The position numbers and the translations under genes were made by a program. A DNA stretch of 64,000 nucleotides from Candidatus Eiseniibacteriota bacterium (GTDB lineage: Bacteria > Eisenbacteria > RBG-16-71-46): NCBI GenBank assembly GCA_963725865.1, contig CAVSAC010000012.1:832001-896000 (forward strand). The letters run 5' to 3'. Below are positions 48,096-59,273 of this stretch, piece by piece. How positions within the stretch are numbered: position 1 is the first letter of the stretch; every line of letters begins with the position of its first letter. Under the pieces are notes generated by a model, which was not told the origin of the DNA, searched no databases, and saw only the letters and a program-made list of their open reading frames with translations.

Positions 48096-48368
48096 ATGGC
48101 GCACAAAAAGGGCCAGTCCTCATCGAAGAACGGCCGCGAATCGAATGCGCAGCGCCTCGGCGTCAAGCGCTTCGGCGGCGAGCGCGTCAGCGCGGGCAGC
48201 ATCCTGGTCCGCCAGCGCGGCACCCGCTTCTTTCCGGGCCTCAACGTCGGCCTGGGCAAGGACGACACGCTGTTCGCGATGATCGACGGCGAGGTGAAGT
48301 TCACCCGCTACCAGGGCACGCGCCGCAAGGTGCACGTGGTGCCGCTGGCGGCGGCCCAGACGAACTGA
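48096..48368 (+). CDS. rpmA: 50S ribosomal protein L27
   Basis: [40 protein letters not shown]. Confidence 0.98.
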   Translation: MAHKKGQSSSKNGRESNAQRLGVKRFGGERVSAGSILVRQRGTRFFPGLNVGLGKDDTLFAMIDGEVKFTRYQGTRRKVHVVPLAAAQTN

Positions 48369-48477
48369 TCACGAGGCATCCCGCTCCGACGACGCCGCGT
48401 CCCCTCGGGCCCCCCGGCTCCTGGCGACGCGGCGTTCCTCGTTGAGGGCGGGTGCGTTCATCAACCGGAGGGATCCC

Positions 48478-49410
48478 GTGAAGAACAAGGTCGCTGTCAT
48501 CGGCGCCGGCAACGTCGGCGCGAGCGCCGCACTCTACGTGGCCGAGCGCGGCCTCGGGGACGTCGTCCTGATCGATCGCCCCGAGATGGAGGGCATGCCC
48601 AAGGGCAAGGCCCTCGACATCCAGCAGGCGACCCCGATCTGGCACAAGGGCGGCCGGATCGAGGGCGCCGACTCGTTGAGCGCGGTCGCGGGCGCCGACG
48701 TGGTGATCATGACCGCGGGCTTCCCGCGCAAGCCCGGCATGTCCCGCAGCGATCTGCTCAAGGCGAATGCCGACATCATCCGACCGGCGGCCGAGGCGGT
48801 GAAGGCGCATGCGCCGAATGCCTACGTCATCGTGGTCACGAACCCGCTCGACGTGATGGCGTGGCTGTTCTGGAAGACTTCGGGCTTCCCCAAGCATCGC
48901 GTGATGGGCATGGCGGGCATCCTCGACTCGGCCCGCATGCGCGCGTTCATCGCGATGGAGCTGGGTGTGTCGGCGGCCGACGTCGACGCGATGGTGCTGG
49001 GGGGCCATGGCGACTCGATGGTGCCGCTGCCGCGCTACACCACGGTCAACGGGATCGCCGTCTCCGAGCTGCTGCCGGCCGCGAAGATCCAGGAGATCAT
49101 CACGCGCACCGCGAACGGCGGTGCCGAGATCGTGAAGCTGTTGAAGACCGGCTCGGCCTACTACGCGCCGGCGATGTGCGCGGTCGAGATGGCCGAGGCG
49201 ATCCTCACCGACCAGAAGCGCCTGGTGCCGTGCTCGGTGCTGCTCGAGGGCGAGTACGGGCTGAAGAACCTGTTCATCGGCGTGCCGATCCTGCTCGGCG
49301 GCAAGGGCGTGGAGCGCATCATCACGCTCAGCCTGTCGGCCGAGGAGTCCGCCGCGCTCCAGAAGAGCGGCAAGGACGTGGCCGACATGATCGCCGAGCT
49401 CGGCGGCTGA
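48478..49410 (+). CDS. mdh: Malate dehydrogenase (LDH-like)
   Basis: IGAGNVG, TAGFPRKPGMSRSDLL, VTNPLDVM, GMAGILDSAR, VLGGHGD, GGAEIV.LLKTGSAYYAP. Confidence 0.95.
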   Translation: MKNKVAVIGAGNVGASAALYVAERGLGDVVLIDRPEMEGMPKGKALDIQQATPIWHKGGRIEGADSLSAVAGADVVIMTAGFPRKPGMSRSDLLKANADIIRPAAEAVKAHAPNAYVIVVTNPLDVMAWLFWKTSGFPKHRVMGMAGILDSARMRAFIAMELGVSAADVDAMVLGGHGDSMVPLPRYTTVNGIAVSELLPAAKIQEIITRTANGGAEIVKLLKTGSAYYAPAMCAVEMAEAILTDQKRLVPCSVLLEGEYGLKNLFIGVPILLGGKGVERIITLSLSAEESAALQKSGKDVADMIAELGG

Positions 49411-49487
49411 GCCGCCGGGCAGGCGGACCCGCGCCGCGCCGGTCACCCCGGCGCGGCGCGGCCGTTTCCGGCCCGCTCGCCGTGGCC

Positions 49488-49542
49488 GCGCCTGCCGCCG
49501 CGAGCGCCTGCCGCGGCGCCTGCCGCCGCGAGCGCCTGCCGC
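49488..49542. repeat. Intergenic tandem repeat (28-nt unit x2, built from GCGCCTGCCGC x4)
   Basis: gcgcctgccgccgcgagcgcctgccgcg repeated directly. Confidence 0.7.
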
Positions 49543-49709
49543 CTCGTGCGCCGCGGGGCCGCGGACGTGCAGGCTGCACGGCGCGCGCCGGCCGGCCCGC
49601 CGCCCGCGCGCGGAGCCGCCGCTGTGGCCGAACGGGATAGGGCCGCTCCAGCGTACGGCGGGGAGTGGCGCCGCGCGGGCATGGGTGATGCTGCCTCCAT
49701 CGCCGCGGC

Positions 49710-50234
49710 ATGAACACCTCCCGACCGTGGATCCTGGCCGGCGCGCTCGCGCTGGCACTCGCGACGGCGGGCTGTTGGAAGGCCCCGGCGCCCACCGCGC
49801 CGAGTGCGGCCCCACCGACGCCCCCGAGCGTCGTCCCGTACGACTCGCTGCCGGCCGAAGCGCAGGCGTTCGTCGTGCTTGCGAACCAGCATCGCGTCGC
49901 GATCGGTCTCGCGCCGCTCCAGTGGGATTCGCAGGTGGCCGGCGTCGCGCGCGCGCACAGCGTGGACATGGCGACGCGCGGCTACTTCAGTCACGTGGAT
50001 CCCGAGGGCAACTCACCGTTCGACCGGCTCGACCAGGCCGGCATCCCCTGGAGCGCGGCGGGGGAGAACATCGCCGCCGGCTACACCACCGGGCAGAGCG
50101 TCTACGACGCCTGGATGAGCAGCCCGGGTCATCGCGCGAACCTCGAGAACTCGACGTTCACGCGGCACGGACTCGGATTGTTCCAGAATCGCTGGACGCA
50201 CATGTTCTACACGCCGCGTGTCGGCGTGCCGTAG
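49710..50234 (+). CDS. CAP/SCP-domain lipoprotein
   Basis: Lipobox ATAGC; N.HR...GLAPL, AR.HS.DMA..GYFSH, GENIA, WMSSPGHRAN. Confidence 0.92.
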   Translation: MNTSRPWILAGALALALATAGCWKAPAPTAPSAAPPTPPSVVPYDSLPAEAQAFVVLANQHRVAIGLAPLQWDSQVAGVARAHSVDMATRGYFSHVDPEGNSPFDRLDQAGIPWSAAGENIAAGYTTGQSVYDAWMSSPGHRANLENSTFTRHGLGLFQNRWTHMFYTPRVGVP

Positions 50235-50277
50235 CCCGCGCGGCGCACCGCTGCACGATGTGCTAGCGTGCCGCCCC

Positions 50278-51027
50278 ATGCACGCGCCCGACGCCGCCTC
50301 GCCGCGCGCCGTACTCGGCGTGATCCCCGCGCGCTTCGCGGCGACGCGCTTTCCCGGCAAGCCGCTCGCGACGCTGTGGGGCAAGCCGATGCTCCAGCAC
50401 GTGTGGGAGCGCGCGCGTGCGGCGCGCGGGATCGACGAACTGGTGATCGCCACCGACGACGACCGCATCGAGGCGGCGGCGCGCGGATTCGGAGCCGCGG
50501 TGGAGCGCACGTCGCCCGCCTGCGCCAGCGGCACCGACCGCGTGGCCGAGGTGGCGCGCCGGCGAACGGGGCACGACATCGTGCTCAATCTGCAGGGCGA
50601 CGAGCCCGAGCTGGAGACCGCTGCAGTCACCGCGCTGGTCGCGGTGATGCGCGCCGACCCCGCACTGCGCATGGGCACCATCGCGCACCACGAACCCGAC
50701 CTCGCCGCGATGGCGGACGCGAACGTGGTGAAGGTGGTCGTGGACGCGCAGGGTTTCGCGCTCTACTTCTCGCGCGCCGATCTCGCCGGTGCCTCGCGCG
50801 GCGGGCCCGCGCTGCGCCACGCCGGCGTGTACGCGTTCCGCCGCGACCTGCTGCTGGAGTTCGCGTCGTGGCCGCCGGGCGCGCTCGAGCGCGCGGAGCG
50901 GCTCGAGCAGTTGCGCGCCGTCGAGCGCGGGGTGCGGATCCGGGTGGTGCTGGGGGAGCATCCGTTCGCGGGTGTGGATACTCCCGAACAACTGGCCGCG
51001 CTGGAGCGGCGCGGACCGCGCGGCTAG
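50278..51027 (+). CDS. kdsB: CMP-KDO synthetase
   Basis: IPARFAATRFPGKPL, ATDD, SGTDRVAE, NLQGDEP, VKVV, LYFSR, ERLEQLRA, VDTPE. Confidence 0.95.
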   Translation: MHAPDAASPRAVLGVIPARFAATRFPGKPLATLWGKPMLQHVWERARAARGIDELVIATDDDRIEAAARGFGAAVERTSPACASGTDRVAEVARRRTGHDIVLNLQGDEPELETAAVTALVAVMRADPALRMGTIAHHEPDLAAMADANVVKVVVDAQGFALYFSRADLAGASRGGPALRHAGVYAFRRDLLLEFASWPPGALERAERLEQLRAVERGVRIRVVLGEHPFAGVDTPEQLAALERRGPRG

Positions 51028-51140
51028 CACGCTCCGACGAGTCCGCGGCGCCCGCTCATGGTCCGCCCGTCGAGTCTCGTCGCACGCCCGCGCCGGCCCC
51101 GCGTCGGCAGAGCCCCTCGGGCGGCCGGCGTGGGCCGGCC

Positions 51141-51980
51141 TCAGTCACCGGTCCGCTCCGCCGCGGCCAGCACCTTCACCCAGTTGACGCGCTCGTAGGC
51201 GTCCCGGAAACCCATGCGACGCAGGTTGTGGGTCGAGGGATTGGGGCGCTCCGGGGTGTCGAGCGCGGTTTCGACGACCAGATGTCGGCAGTCCGCCGCG
51301 CGCGCGGCCTCGATGCGCCGGGCGATGAGCGCGGTCTGCAGTCCGCGGCCGCGCGAGGCGGGACGCGTCGCCGCGAGCCCGAGCCACGCCGCGTCACCGT
51401 GGATGAACAGCCCGCCGCCCGCGGCCAGCGCCCCGTCCTCGTACGCGCCGAAGAGACTCCAGCCGGGCCGCCCGTGCGTGGCGGCCAGCCACGGCACCAT
51501 CGAGGGCGGATAGCCGAACGTCTCGACCAGCAGCGCCGCCAGCACTCCGGCGTCCGGGCGCGGCAGCGGGACCACGCGCGGGTCGTCCGGCGCCGGCGCG
51601 GCTTCCGCCGCGTCGCGATGCAGCTTGAGCCACGCGTTGTGCCGCCGGAAACCGCGCCGCTCGAGCCACTCGCCCAGCGTGGCGGGCTCCGCGATCGGCG
51701 CGACCTGCGCCATGCACCGCTTCGCACCCGCCGCGCGGAAGAACGCGAGCGCCGAGTCGAGGTCCGCCTCGCGCGCGGGCGGACCGCTGCCGAGCCCGAG
51801 CACGCGATTGAATCGCAGGACGTCGAGCGCAGGAGCGCACAGCGCCACCGCGGAGCCGAGCGGGAGGTGGGCGAGGCCGAGCGCGCGGCCGGGATCCGCG
51901 GCCGGGTCGTGGAGCGACGTCGCCGCGGCGACCTCGACGCGCTCGCACACGCGCGCGACCTCGATGTCCCGGGGGGCCAT
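51141..51980 (-). CDS. GNAT-family acetyltransferase
   Basis: FNRVLGLG; ATRP..RGRGLQTAL acetyl-CoA motif; S.HNLRRMGF. Confidence 0.85.
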   Translation of the reverse strand: MAPRDIEVARVCERVEVAAATSLHDPAADPGRALGLAHLPLGSAVALCAPALDVLRFNRVLGLGSGPPAREADLDSALAFFRAAGAKRCMAQVAPIAEPATLGEWLERRGFRRHNAWLKLHRDAAEAAPAPDDPRVVPLPRPDAGVLAALLVETFGYPPSMVPWLAATHGRPGWSLFGAYEDGALAAGGGLFIHGDAAWLGLAATRPASRGRGLQTALIARRIEAARAADCRHLVVETALDTPERPNPSTHNLRRMGFRDAYERVNWVKVLAAAERTGD

Positions 51981-52262
51981 GAGCCGAGACTAGCGGCCGC
52001 TGCCGGGCGCGGCAAGCACCGCGGGCGCGCGCTCGGGGCGTCGACGCGCCCGCTCGGCTCGTGGCCCGCGAGGCGCGACCCGCGCGGCCAAGGGCGTCGG
52101 TTTTCGCCGGCGGGCGCGCGTGTGCTACCTTGCCGATCCGTGCTGGACGTGCACGTGCCCTCTGCCCACGCCGCCTCGGACGCCGCTCTCGCGCCCGGTG
52201 CGGCGCGTCTCGTTGGAGGGCGCTCCGGGTCCGGTGAGGCCTGACGCGAAAGGACGGGGACG

Positions 52263-53944
<1,682 letters not shown>

Positions 53945-53948
<4 letters not shown>

Positions 53949-54766
53949 GCGCGTTCACGGTCGCCGGGGCGGAACTGGGCGGGCCGCGCCTGTTCGCGAT
54001 CGCCGGCCCGTGCGTGGTCGAGAGCGAGGGTCTGTGCCTGACGGTCGCGCGCACGCTGCGCGACGCGTGCGCCGCGCGCGGAGTCCCGTACGTGTTCAAG
54101 GCGTCGTATCGCAAGGCCAATCGCTCGAGCGGGCGCTCGTTCGCGGGGCTCGCGATGGAGGAGGCGCTCGCGGTGCTCGCGAAGGTCAAGCGCGAGATCG
54201 GGGTGCCGATCCTGACCGACGTGCACGAGACCGGCGAGATCGCGGCGGCGGCGGCGGTCGCGGACATCCTCCAGATCCCCGCGTTCCTGTGCCGGCAGAC
54301 CGCGTTGCTCGAGGCCGCGGCGCGCAGCGGGCGCGCGGTGAACGTGAAGAAGGGGCAGTTCCTCGCGCCCGCCGACATGCGCCACGCGGTCGACAAGATC
54401 GTGGGGGCCGGCGGAGCCCAGGTGCTGCTGACCGAGCGCGGCGCCAGCTTCGGCTACGGCGACCTGGTCGTGGACATGCGCGCGCTCGTGGTGATGCGCG
54501 AGCTGGGGTGGCCGGTCGTGTTCGACGCCACCCACAGCCTGCAGCGCCCGGGCGGCGCCGAGACCGGCGGCGACCGGCGCTTCGCCTTCCCGCTCATGCG
54601 CGCGGCGGTCGCGTGCGGCATCGACGGGCTGTTCTTCGAGACCCATCCCGACCCGGCGCACGCCCTGTCCGACGCCGCCACCCAGTTGCCGCTCGCGCAG
54701 GCCGCGTCGTTCCTCGACGAGGCGCTGCGGGTGCGCGCGGCGGTGGAGGAGCCCGCCCGTGGCTGA
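53945..54766 (+). CDS. kdsA: KDO-8-phosphate synthase
   Basis: [60 protein letters not shown]. Confidence 0.97.
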
Positions 54767-55295
54767 GGCCCCGACGCCGCTCGAGTGCCCGTTCCCCGGT
54801 CCGGTGAAGGTGCTGTTCCTCGACGTGGACGGCACGCTCACCGACGGCGTCATCGGCTTCACCCGCGAGGGCGACCTGCGCCACTTCTGGATTCGCGACG
54901 GACTGGCCCTGGAATGGGCGCGAGAGCTGGGCGTGCTGCCGGTGGTCATCTCGGGGCGCGACTCCCTGGCGGTCGCCGCGCGCATGCACGACCTGAAGCT
55001 CGAGCACTACCTCGGCATCCGGGACAAGGTGGCGATCGCCGAACAGGTCCTGCGGCGCGAGGGCGCGCGCTGGGAGGAGTGCGCGATGGTCGGCGACGAC
55101 CTTCCCGACGTGCCGATGCTCCGCCGCGTGGGCTGGCCGATCGCGGTCGCCGACGCGTCGGCCGAGCTGTTCCCGCTGGTGCGCGGCGTGACCCGCGCAC
55201 GCGCGGGCTACGGCGCGGTGCGCGAGGTGGTCGAATCGGTGTTGCGCCACAACGGAACGTGGCCGCGCGTGCTGCAGCGCTACGAGGTGACATGA
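54759..55295 (+). CDS. kdsC: KDO-8-phosphate phosphatase (HAD)
   Basis: DVDGTLTDG, RDG, ISGR, GDDLPD, G.GAVRE. Confidence 0.93.
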   Translation: MAEAPTPLECPFPGPVKVLFLDVDGTLTDGVIGFTREGDLRHFWIRDGLALEWARELGVLPVVISGRDSLAVAARMHDLKLEHYLGIRDKVAIAEQVLRREGARWEECAMVGDDLPDVPMLRRVGWPIAVADASAELFPLVRGVTRARAGYGAVREVVESVLRHNGTWPRVLQRYEVT

Positions 55296-56272
55296 AGAGT
55301 CCGGCCGAACTGCTCGCGCTCGCGCGCGACGTGGTGCGCACCGAGGCCGCGGCCGTCGCGGGCCTCGAAGCGCGGCTCGACGACTCGTTCGTCGAAGCCG
55401 TCACGGTGCTCGCCGCCTGCCGCGGCAAGGTGATCGTGTCGGGGGTCGGCAAGTCCGGCCTGCTCGCGCACAAGCTCGCCGCCACGCTGACGAGCACCGG
55501 CACGCCCGCGATCTTCCTGCATCCGACCGACGCGCTGCACGGCGACGCGGGGTTGTTCTCGGCCGGCGACGTGGCCCTGTTCATCTCGAAGAGCGGCGCC
55601 AGCGAGGAGTTGCTCGCGCTGCTGCCGTATCTCGAGCGCCGCGGCATTCCGCTGCTGGCGCTGGTCGCCACCCCGGCGACGCCGCTCGCGCGCAAGGCGC
55701 GCGTGACGCTGCTCACCGGCCCGCTGCGCGAGGCGTGCCCGATGGACCTCACGCCCACCACCAGCATCACCGTGGCGCAGGTGATGGGGGACTGCCTCGC
55801 GATCGCGCTGCTGGAGCAGCGGGGCTTCGACGCCGAGGACTTCCGCTTCCTGCATCCCGGCGGCGTGATCGGTCAGACCGCCTCGCGGCGGGTCGAGGAG
55901 CTGATGCACGACGGCGACCGCATGCCGGCGGTCGGCGAGAGCGCGCCGCTGCGGAGCGTGATGATCGAGATCATGGACAAGCGCCTCGGCATCACCACGG
56001 TGCTCGACGGCGCCGGCCGGTTGGCGGGCGTGATCACCGACGGCGACTTCAAGCGCATCCTCATGAAGCACGCCGACCCGTGGGCGCTGACGGCCGCCGA
56101 CGTGATGGGCCGCTCGCCCAGCGTCATCGCACCCGACGCACTGGTGGCGGCGGCGGTGCGCGCGATGGAGGAGCGCCCCGCGGGCCCCATCACCGCGCTG
56201 GTGGTGGTCGACGGCGACCGACGCCCGGTGGGGGTGCTCCACCTGCACGACTGCCTGCGCACCGGCGGCTGA
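55292..56272 (+). CDS. kdsD: Arabinose-5-phosphate isomerase (SIS + CBS)
   Basis: GVGKSG, KLAATLTSTGTPA.FLHP..ALHGD, EACP..L.PTTS, HPGG, CBS pair. Confidence 0.95.
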   Translation: MKSPAELLALARDVVRTEAAAVAGLEARLDDSFVEAVTVLAACRGKVIVSGVGKSGLLAHKLAATLTSTGTPAIFLHPTDALHGDAGLFSAGDVALFISKSGASEELLALLPYLERRGIPLLALVATPATPLARKARVTLLTGPLREACPMDLTPTTSITVAQVMGDCLAIALLEQRGFDAEDFRFLHPGGVIGQTASRRVEELMHDGDRMPAVGESAPLRSVMIEIMDKRLGITTVLDGAGRLAGVITDGDFKRILMKHADPWALTAADVMGRSPSVIAPDALVAAAVRAMEERPAGPITALVVVDGDRRPVGVLHLHDCLRTGG

Positions 56273-56332
56273 CGCGTCGCCGGCGCCGCCGGGGCGCTTG
56301 AGGCGCGGGGCGGGAACCGCGATGCTGGTCCG

Positions 56333-56905
56333 GTGTCCGATGTCGTCGCTACCTCGCCGCCGGCCCTGATCCTCACGCTCGGCCACTCTTCGCGCCCGCT
56401 CGCCGACACGCTCGCGCTGCTGCGCGCGCACGCGGTCGCGGGCGTGGTCGACGTGCGGCGCTTTCCGCGCTCGCGTCGCCATCCGCACTACGACGCGGTG
56501 CCGCTCGCCGCGGCACTCGCGGCGGCGGGCATCACATACCGCCACGCCGAGCCGCTCGGCGGCTACCGCGAGCCGCACCCCGAGAGCCCGCACACCGCGC
56601 TGACCGAACCGGCGTTCCGTGGCTACGCCGACCACATGGGCAGCGCGGAGTTCGCGCGCGCGGTCGACGGGCTGCTGGCGGAGGCCGCCGACCATCGGCT
56701 CGCGCTGATGTGCGCGGAGGCCCGCCCCGAACAGTGCCACCGCTCGCTGCTGGCCGACGCGCTGCTCGCGCGTGGCGCGCGCGTGGAGCACGTCGTCGAC
56801 CTCGGTCCGCGCGAGCCGCACCGGCTCACTCGCGGGGTGCGCGTGCACGCGGGCCGGGTATCGTATCCGGGAAGCGGGACGCAGCTCTCCATCGGCGGTC
56901 TGTGA
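56333..56905 (+). CDS. DUF488-family protein
   Basis: TLGHS, VDVRRFPRSR..P, LGG.R, FRGYADHM, LMCAE....CHRSLLAD. Confidence 0.88.
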   Translation: MSDVVATSPPALILTLGHSSRPLADTLALLRAHAVAGVVDVRRFPRSRRHPHYDAVPLAAALAAAGITYRHAEPLGGYREPHPESPHTALTEPAFRGYADHMGSAEFARAVDGLLAEAADHRLALMCAEARPEQCHRSLLADALLARGARVEHVVDLGPREPHRLTRGVRVHAGRVSYPGSGTQLSIGGL

Positions 56906-57114
56906 GTCTTCGTGCTTGCCGAAACCGGCGCCGGGCCCGATGCTCGCGCGGTCGCCGAGGTCCTCGACGATCCTCGCGGGCCGCGGGAGGAGATACGACC
57001 TCTCGTCGCCCGCACGCGCGAGTGCACGCCGCCGCCCGCGCACGGGGGCCCCATCCCCCCTTCACCCATCCGTCCCAGGTTCGGATCCACCTCGGCCCCC
57101 ACGAGGAGAACTCC

Positions 57115-58545
57115 ATGAGGCTCGGAATCCTGTTGCTGTGTTGTTCCCTGCTGTCGACGCTCGCGGCGTGTGCGCCGCACCCCGCCGCGGACGACGAGGC
57201 CACCGAATCCCTCGCCTCGCCGCCCGCCGTCGTGCGCGACGATCTGCCCCACACGGGACCGTACTTCGACGGTCCGGCGCTCGCGCCCGGTCCGGTGCCC
57301 CCGCGACTCGACCCGGCGCCGGTGAAGGACATCCAGATCGACGTCGTGCACCAGGTCATCGAGCTGGCGCCCGGGGTGAAGTTCAGCGCCTGGACGTTCG
57401 GCGGCCAGGTGCCCGGACCGATCGCGCGCGTGCGGGTCGGGGATCGCGTGCGCTTCAGCATGACGAATCGCAGCGAGGAGGCGATGCCGGGAGTGCCGGT
57501 GTTCGCGGCGCCGATGATGCACTCGATGGACTTCCACGCCGCGATGGTCTCCCCGCAGGACAAGTACCGCTCCATCGCGCCGGGACAGACCATCTCCTTC
57601 GAGTTCGTGCCGCACTATCCGGGCGTGTTCATGTACCACTGCGGCACTCCCATGATCCTCGAGCACATCGCCTCGGGGATGTACGGCATGGTGATCGTGG
57701 AGCCGCGCGAGGGCTGGCCGACACACGTCGACCGCGAGTACGCGATCGTGCAGAGCGAGTTCTACACCCGGCCCGACCCGCAGAAGCGCAAGGTCGACGG
57801 GGTGCCGCTCCAGGTGCTCGATCTCGAGAAGGTGCGGACCAAGCAATCCACGTACACCGTCTTCAACGGCGTCTACAACGGCATGGTCGAGCATCCGCTG
57901 GTCGCGAAGCCGGGCGAGCGCGTGCGCCTCTACGTGCTCAACGCCGGGCCCAGCAACACCTCGAGCTTCCACGTGGTGGGCGAGATCTTCGATCGCGTGT
58001 GGCTCGACGGCAACCCCGCCAATCTCCTGCGCGGGATGCAGACGGTGCTGTTGCCGTCGAGCGGCGCCGCGATCGTCGAGTTCCGCATCCCGGAAGCGGG
58101 GAAGTACGTGATGGTCGACCATCATTTCGCGAACGCCTCGCAGGGTGCGATCGGCGTGATCGATGCCAGCGGCGGCACTCCCGAAGGTCCGCTCGAGCAC
58201 CACAACATGCCGGCGAGCGCGGCCCCGGACGACCCCGAGGCGGCCCAGGGCAAGCTGCGGTTCGAGAGTCAGTGCCTGGCCTGTCACGGCATCGGGAGCG
58301 GCCCCAAGCTCGGCCCCGACCTCCAGGGCGTGACCGCGCGCCGCAGCGACGCGTGGCTGCGCTCGTGGCTGACCTCGCCCACCGCGATGCTGGCGCACGA
58401 CGACACCGCGAAGGCGCTGCTCGCGCGCTACCGCGTGCCGATGCCCGACCAGCAACTCGGCCCCCGCGACATCGATCAGCTGGTGCGCTACTTCCGCTGG
58501 ACCGCGAGCCGCCCGGCGCAGGAGGCTCCACATGCGCACGAGTGA
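57115..58545 (+). CDS. nirK: Copper nitrite reductase-like lipoprotein with a C-terminal cytochrome c domain
   Basis: Lipobox LAAC; WTFGGQVPGP, HSMDFH, YHCG...HIASGMYG (T1/T2 Cu ligands), SSFHVVG, VDH; CLACH heme motif, GPDL, MP axial Met. Confidence 0.82.
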   Translation: MRLGILLLCCSLLSTLAACAPHPAADDEATESLASPPAVVRDDLPHTGPYFDGPALAPGPVPPRLDPAPVKDIQIDVVHQVIELAPGVKFSAWTFGGQVPGPIARVRVGDRVRFSMTNRSEEAMPGVPVFAAPMMHSMDFHAAMVSPQDKYRSIAPGQTISFEFVPHYPGVFMYHCGTPMILEHIASGMYGMVIVEPREGWPTHVDREYAIVQSEFYTRPDPQKRKVDGVPLQVLDLEKVRTKQSTYTVFNGVYNGMVEHPLVAKPGERVRLYVLNAGPSNTSSFHVVGEIFDRVWLDGNPANLLRGMQTVLLPSSGAAIVEFRIPEAGKYVMVDHHFANASQGAIGVIDASGGTPEGPLEHHNMPASAAPDDPEAAQGKLRFESQCLACHGIGSGPKLGPDLQGVTARRSDAWLRSWLTSPTAMLAHDDTAKALLARYRVPMPDQQLGPRDIDQLVRYFRWTASRPAQEAPHAHE

Positions 58546-59050
58546 TCGGGTGTGCCGATGGTCCGCGCGTTACGCGAGCCGATGGTCCGCGCGTTACGCG
58601 AGTCAACGTCTGCTCTGGAGCGCATGCGGGCTGAGCGCGGCCGGCGTGCTGCTCGCCCTGATGGGCGGCGCACAGGTCGCGGGCGCTTGCGGCGCGTGCC
58701 TCGAAGACCGCATGGCGGCGGTCTACGACCACGCGGTGGTGGGGAGCGCACGCGCCCGCGGACACTGGGTGGTCTTCGCCGCCATCGCCGGCGCGCGCAC
58801 GCCTTGGTCGACCGCGCAGGGCGCGCGCGTGCGCCGGGCGCTCGTGGGATGCACGGGGGTCCAGGCGGGCTCGATCCGCCTCGCACCGGCGGCCGCCGCG
58901 GCCTCGTTCGCATTCGACCCGCGCGGCACGTCGCTGGCCGGGCTGCTGGCGCGCATCCGGCGCGACCTCGCGTCCGACGCGCTCGGACTCGACACGCTGC
59001 GAGTGCTGCGAGCGCCGCCGGCGCCGCCACGTCCGCGCGTCGGGGCCTGA
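58532..59050 (+). CDS. Hypothetical exported protein with a CxxC motif
   Basis: Hydrophobic leader then ACGACLEDRMAAVYDHA; overlaps the nirK stop; start uncertain. Confidence 0.6.
   Translation: MRTSDRVCRWSARYASRWSARYASQRLLWSACGLSAAGVLLALMGGAQVAGACGACLEDRMAAVYDHAVVGSARARGHWVVFAAIAGARTPWSTAQGARVRRALVGCTGVQAGSIRLAPAAAAASFAFDPRGTSLAGLLARIRRDLASDALGLDTLRVLRAPPAPPRPRVGA
58554..58601 (+). repeat. Perfect 24-nt tandem duplication
   Basis: gccgatggtccgcgcgttacgcga x2 (RWSARYAS x2). Confidence 0.9.
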
Positions 59051-59177
59051 GCCCCCACGGGGAGGCCGGCGATTCCGGCCGGCGGGTCGTCCCCGCCGCC
59101 GACGGCGCCGTCGAAGCACGGTCAAGATGATGGGGGGGAAGCCCGATAACCAAGGTGAGCAGGCGATCCGGGCCCGC

Positions 59178-59221
59178 TGGCACAGCGCGTGCTTGCGGGC
59201 CCGCGAACCCTTTGCTAGCGT
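59178..59221 (+). promoter_or_regulatory. Overlapping sigma54 site and sigma70 promoter for lptC-lptB-rpoN
   Basis: TGGCACAGCGCGTGCT (GG-N10-GC) overlapping TTGCGG-17 nt-TAGCGT with an extended -10 TG. Confidence 0.55.
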
Positions 59222-59273
59222 GGCGCTCGACGTCTCGAACGTGGTGTCATCGTGGTGCCGAAAGAGGTCCTCC

